Shown: piece by piece, positions 62,889 through 64,000 of the stretch
Numbering within the stretch: position 1 is the first letter of the stretch
Layout of the letters: each line of letters starts with the position of its first letter
Source of the DNA: Octopus sinensis
Taxonomy: Eukaryota
Direction: 5' to 3'
Length of the DNA stretch: 64,000 nt
NCBI RefSeq assembly: GCF_006345805.1
Contig: NC_042999.1
Span: 50,964,001 to 51,028,000 of the forward strand
Program-made: the position numbers and the translations under genes
Notes under the pieces: generated by a model
What the model saw: only the letters and a program-made list of their open reading frames with translations
Databases searched by the model: none
What the model was told of the DNA's origin: nothing

Positions 62889-63325
62889 GTGCAGGAGTGG
62901 CTGTGTGGTATGTAGCTTGCTTACCAACCACATGGTTCTGGGTTCAGTCCCACTGTGTGTCACATTGGGCAAGTGTCTTCAACTATAGCCTCAGGCCGAC
63001 CAAAGCCTTGTGAGTGGATTTGGTAGACAGAAACACAAAGAAGCCCGTTGTATATATGTATGTGTGTGTGTGTGTGTGGGTGTGGGTGTGTGTGTGTGTG
63101 GGTGTGTGTGTGTGTTGTGTGTGTGTGTTTGTCCTCCTAGCATTGCTTGACAACTGATGCAGGTGTGTTTATGTCCCCGTAACTTAGCAGTTCGGCAAAA
63201 GAGACCGATAGAATAAGTACTGGGCTTACAAAGAATAAGTCCTGGGGTTGATTTGCTCAACTAAAGGCAGTGCTCCAGCATGGCTGCAGTCAAATGACTG
63301 AAACAAGTAAAAGAGTAAAAAGAGT
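62889..63325 (+). mobile_element. SINE family B
   Basis: Close match to 1053-1472. Confidence 0.88.
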
Positions 63326-63712
63326 ATTTATATGATGAGCTTCTATCAGTTTTTGTGTACTAAATCTACTCACAAGACTTTACTGACTCAGAGCTGTAGT
63401 AGAAGACACTTGCCTAAGGTGCCATGCCATGTTCAGTCAATGTCAATTTGGTGGCGAGATTGAGCTAATATGTGGTTTGAACATTTGATCACTATAAACA
63501 AGTCATTTGTGCAGGTCAATCAGCAAAAACAGTGGGTCATTCAGCAAAAACACTTATATGTCATCTTTGACAGGAGAGTCCATCATATATATATATATTA
63601 TTAAATGTGAAACTCTAAGTAACAGTTCAGTGATAATTTTGCAGCATATTATTCTACCGTTTATATTCAAGTACTATTTTTTCCACCTAGTTTTGCACTT
63701 ATATGTTCACCG

Positions 63713-63786
<74 letters not shown>

Positions 63787-64000
63787 ATATTATATATATA
63801 TATATACATACAGATATAGGGTGAAATATAATTAATTTAATAAAATCAACAAATTTCACCTAGTAGTATTTCAGTGTGGAAAAGGACCATATTCAGTAAA
63901 AATTTATATAATTATAATAATAAGGGTTTTTTGCAACAAGTTGCTTAACCACATACCGAAAATTTAATTTTAGAAATAGCAGCCAAAAGACTACTATATA

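Overview
AT-rich, microsatellite-dense eukaryotic DNA that is almost entirely transposon-derived. The SINE families, Helitron-like elements and (AT)n/(AC)n/(ATC)n load point to a coleoid cephalopod, most likely Octopus (inference from repeat content). I cannot support any intact host protein-coding exon. The window looks like intronic or intergenic DNA with one TE-poor, CpG-rich, promoter-like island at about 43.9-46.1 kb. Recognisable elements are several tRNA-headed SINE families, RTE and CR1-group LINE remnants, a Penelope-like (PLE) reverse transcriptase remnant, three mariner remnants with TIRs, MITEs, non-autonomous Helitrons and Ty3/Gypsy remnants. The strongest unexplained signal is at least three distinct families of short elements carrying type-I hammerhead ribozyme folds with palindromic stem III. 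Two families have non-canonical cores (CCGACGA and CUGUCGA-A). They sit in (AT)n tracts, often as tandem or fold-back copies, with a three-family cluster at 46.7-47.1 kb. The second is a CR1-group LINE whose decayed ORF1 joins a Myb/SANT-like trihelix domain in frame to CCCH zinc fingers. All assignments were made by eye; no database search or folding program was run.
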